A stretch of 64,000 nt of DNA from positions 438,624 to 502,623 of the forward strand of contig NMRA01000324.1 of NCBI GenBank assembly GCA_002633005.1, in the 5' to 3' direction. The translations under genes and the position numbers were made by a program. Positions 61,955-64,000 of this stretch are shown piece after piece. A model generated the notes under the pieces. The model had not been told where the DNA came from. It was given only the letters and a program-made list of their open reading frames with translations, and searched no databases. The DNA comes from Phoronis australis. Its lineage: Eukaryota; Animalia; Phoronida. Each line of letters opens with the position of its first letter. Position 1 is the stretch's first letter.

Positions 61955-64000
61955 CAGCACACATCACGAATTTTTGGCCGACCGGTCGGAAATTGGTCGA
62001 CGACCGGCCGTCGACCGGTCGGCAAAGTAGCCGACCGGTCGGCTAAAAATTAGCCGACTGGCAGCCGCCCGCAGTGCCGAATCATAAGGCGACCCCACAG
62101 CCGACCCTTCAGCCGAACCTTTAGCCGACCGGCCATCAGACGACCAGCTGGTCGGCTGCTATTGTTAGGCTAGAGTAGCAGCTGCGTAATAGATTGTCAG
62201 GCTCACACCACTTTGCGTGTCGATGCATATTCGTCTTAGCACAGGGTCAAATAAATTAACCTAGTTTTGCTGCCTCGGTTACATGAGTTCACGTCGGTTG
62301 TGTAACACCACTACTTCGAAGGTTGAAGGCAAGCGGCATTAGTAAACATTGGATTATGGACAATGCAACAAGTTTTGGATGAAAAACGTGAAAGTTTTCT
62401 TTACATTTGATCTTTAATTTGACTCCTGACGTTAACAAATTGTATTAGATCGGTTGCTTCCCGGTCAATACAACGCTGTATAGTCATTTTGTAAACGCGG
62501 CTGTTTTTGCAGTCTTCGCCCACAATTGATTTTGTTTGTGTAACGCCAAACTGCATCGTTTTTGCGTGTTTTAAGTTATTCNNNNNNNNNNNNNNNNNNN
62601 NNNNNNNNNNNNNNNNNNNNNNNNNNNNNNNNNNNNNNNNNNNNNNNNNNNNNNNNNNNNNNNNNNNNNNNNNNNNNNNNNNNNNNNNNNNNNNNNNNNN
62701 NNNNNNNNNNNNNNNNNNNNNNNNNNNNNNNNNNNNNNNNNNNNNNNNNNNNNNNNNNNNNNNNNNNNNNNNNNNNNNNNNNNNNNNNNNNNNNNNNNNN
62801 NNNNNNNNNNNNNNNNNNNNNNNNNNNNNNNNNNNNNNNNNNNNNNNNNNNNNNNNNNNNNNNNNGTCGGCAAGAGGTTGAACATTTAGCCCTTGTTTTA
62901 TACGTATAGTACGAACATTATCACTTTGAAGGATCAATGCTTGGGGATGGTGACGGGGTGTTCTGGCGTGTAAAGTTACTGACGTGGTAAGTTTTTGAAC
63001 GTGGTTTATTAAATTTTCAGTTCGGTCGTATTTTATTTTGATCCTGAAGTGAAGAATTTTTGGTCCTCACTTGATAAATTATAGGTGCTGATGTGATAAA
63101 TTTCAGTCTTGACGTGGTGAATTTTAGTCTTTATTTGTTTTTTGTGTGAAAACAATCTCAATGTACTGGAGTGTTTTAATTCCTGCTTAAGTAAAATTTC
63201 TGGTTTTGAGATATTTATCTTTGGTCCTGGAGAGTTAACATGTTTTGGTTGGTTTTAATCTTGTATAGAAAATATATGTTGTTAAATGTTGCAAATTAGG
63301 CCTCCCATAAATGTGAGAGAGCAAGTTGTGCAGCAGCCTGCTGTGTAACTTCTTATATAAATCTAGGTGTTCGTGATTTAGTAATACTATGAAAAATGAG
63401 TAGTTATGACTATGAAAAATGAGTAGTTGTGGATTCTTTTGAAATACTGTATCCTTTGTATATGCCTGGTGTAGATGGCTAAGTGTGATATTATGTAAGC
63501 CTTATTATCCTCTATCACTTAACAACTATATATCTTCATTCATGCCTAGAGGTACTCCCAGGATCATTAAGCATATGTGTGTATGTTTTTAGTCTAATGA
63601 GGCGTGCTTCGAATGTACAATTAGTAATCATACTTTTACAGTGGTTCATATCACACATATTCATTAAATCCAGTAAATATTTTTGCAACTGCTGATCTGC
63701 ATATTAGACATGTATATTGCATCATGCCTCATCAGAGTAAAACTTGTTATCAATCATGGTAGAAACATTTATTTTTATCATTGCCACAAGACGTTAACAA
63801 ACGCAGTCAGTGTCTGTAACTGTTGTGTCTACATTGCTGATGAATTAAAGTCGGTCTAATTATATTTTTATATCACTGATTCATGCCAAAGGTTTGAAAT
63901 TGCGCCCCCTTAAGAGTTTTGACTTGCCCTGGTGATCACTAGCATCCGATGCAATAAACTTATAGAAGTTGTTTTTAACCAGGGTAATAGAGCTGAAAAT
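61955..64000. mobile_element. Second copy (left part) of the TA-flanked TIR element at 2177-7352
   Basis: TA|CAGCACACATCACGAATTTTTGGCCG. 61955-62581 aligns with 2177-2795 and 62866-64000 with about 4368-5514, including the shared ACTATGAAAAATGAGTAGTT duplication. Confidence 0.93.

Overview
Eukaryotic (animal, probably marine invertebrate) genomic DNA with two assembly N-gaps (27499-27906, 62582-62865). The window is mostly a stack of nested, largely decayed transposable elements. These include an Academ-type 3' end, three L1/Tx1-clade LINEs, a Gypsy gag-pro-RT fragment, a Sola3-like TTAA element, TA-flanked TIR elements, Helentron-like (HINE) repeats, hAT-type MITEs and a THAP-bearing Kolobok-like element inside a foldback MITE. 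A complete 12.9 kb PIF/Harbinger element has a dead transposase but an apparently intact six-exon Myb/SANT partner gene. The only clear host-type coding sequence is one WSC-domain exon. The most unusual locus is 52.6-57.0 kb: an RT-less DIRS/Ngaro-type module (SGNH hydrolase + tyrosine recombinase) between direct repeats. It carries an array of 37-bp hairpin repeats with 30-35 bp spacers, showing a compensatory base-pair change, and a second hairpin array after the recombinase. All family assignments come from recognising motifs by eye; no searches were run.
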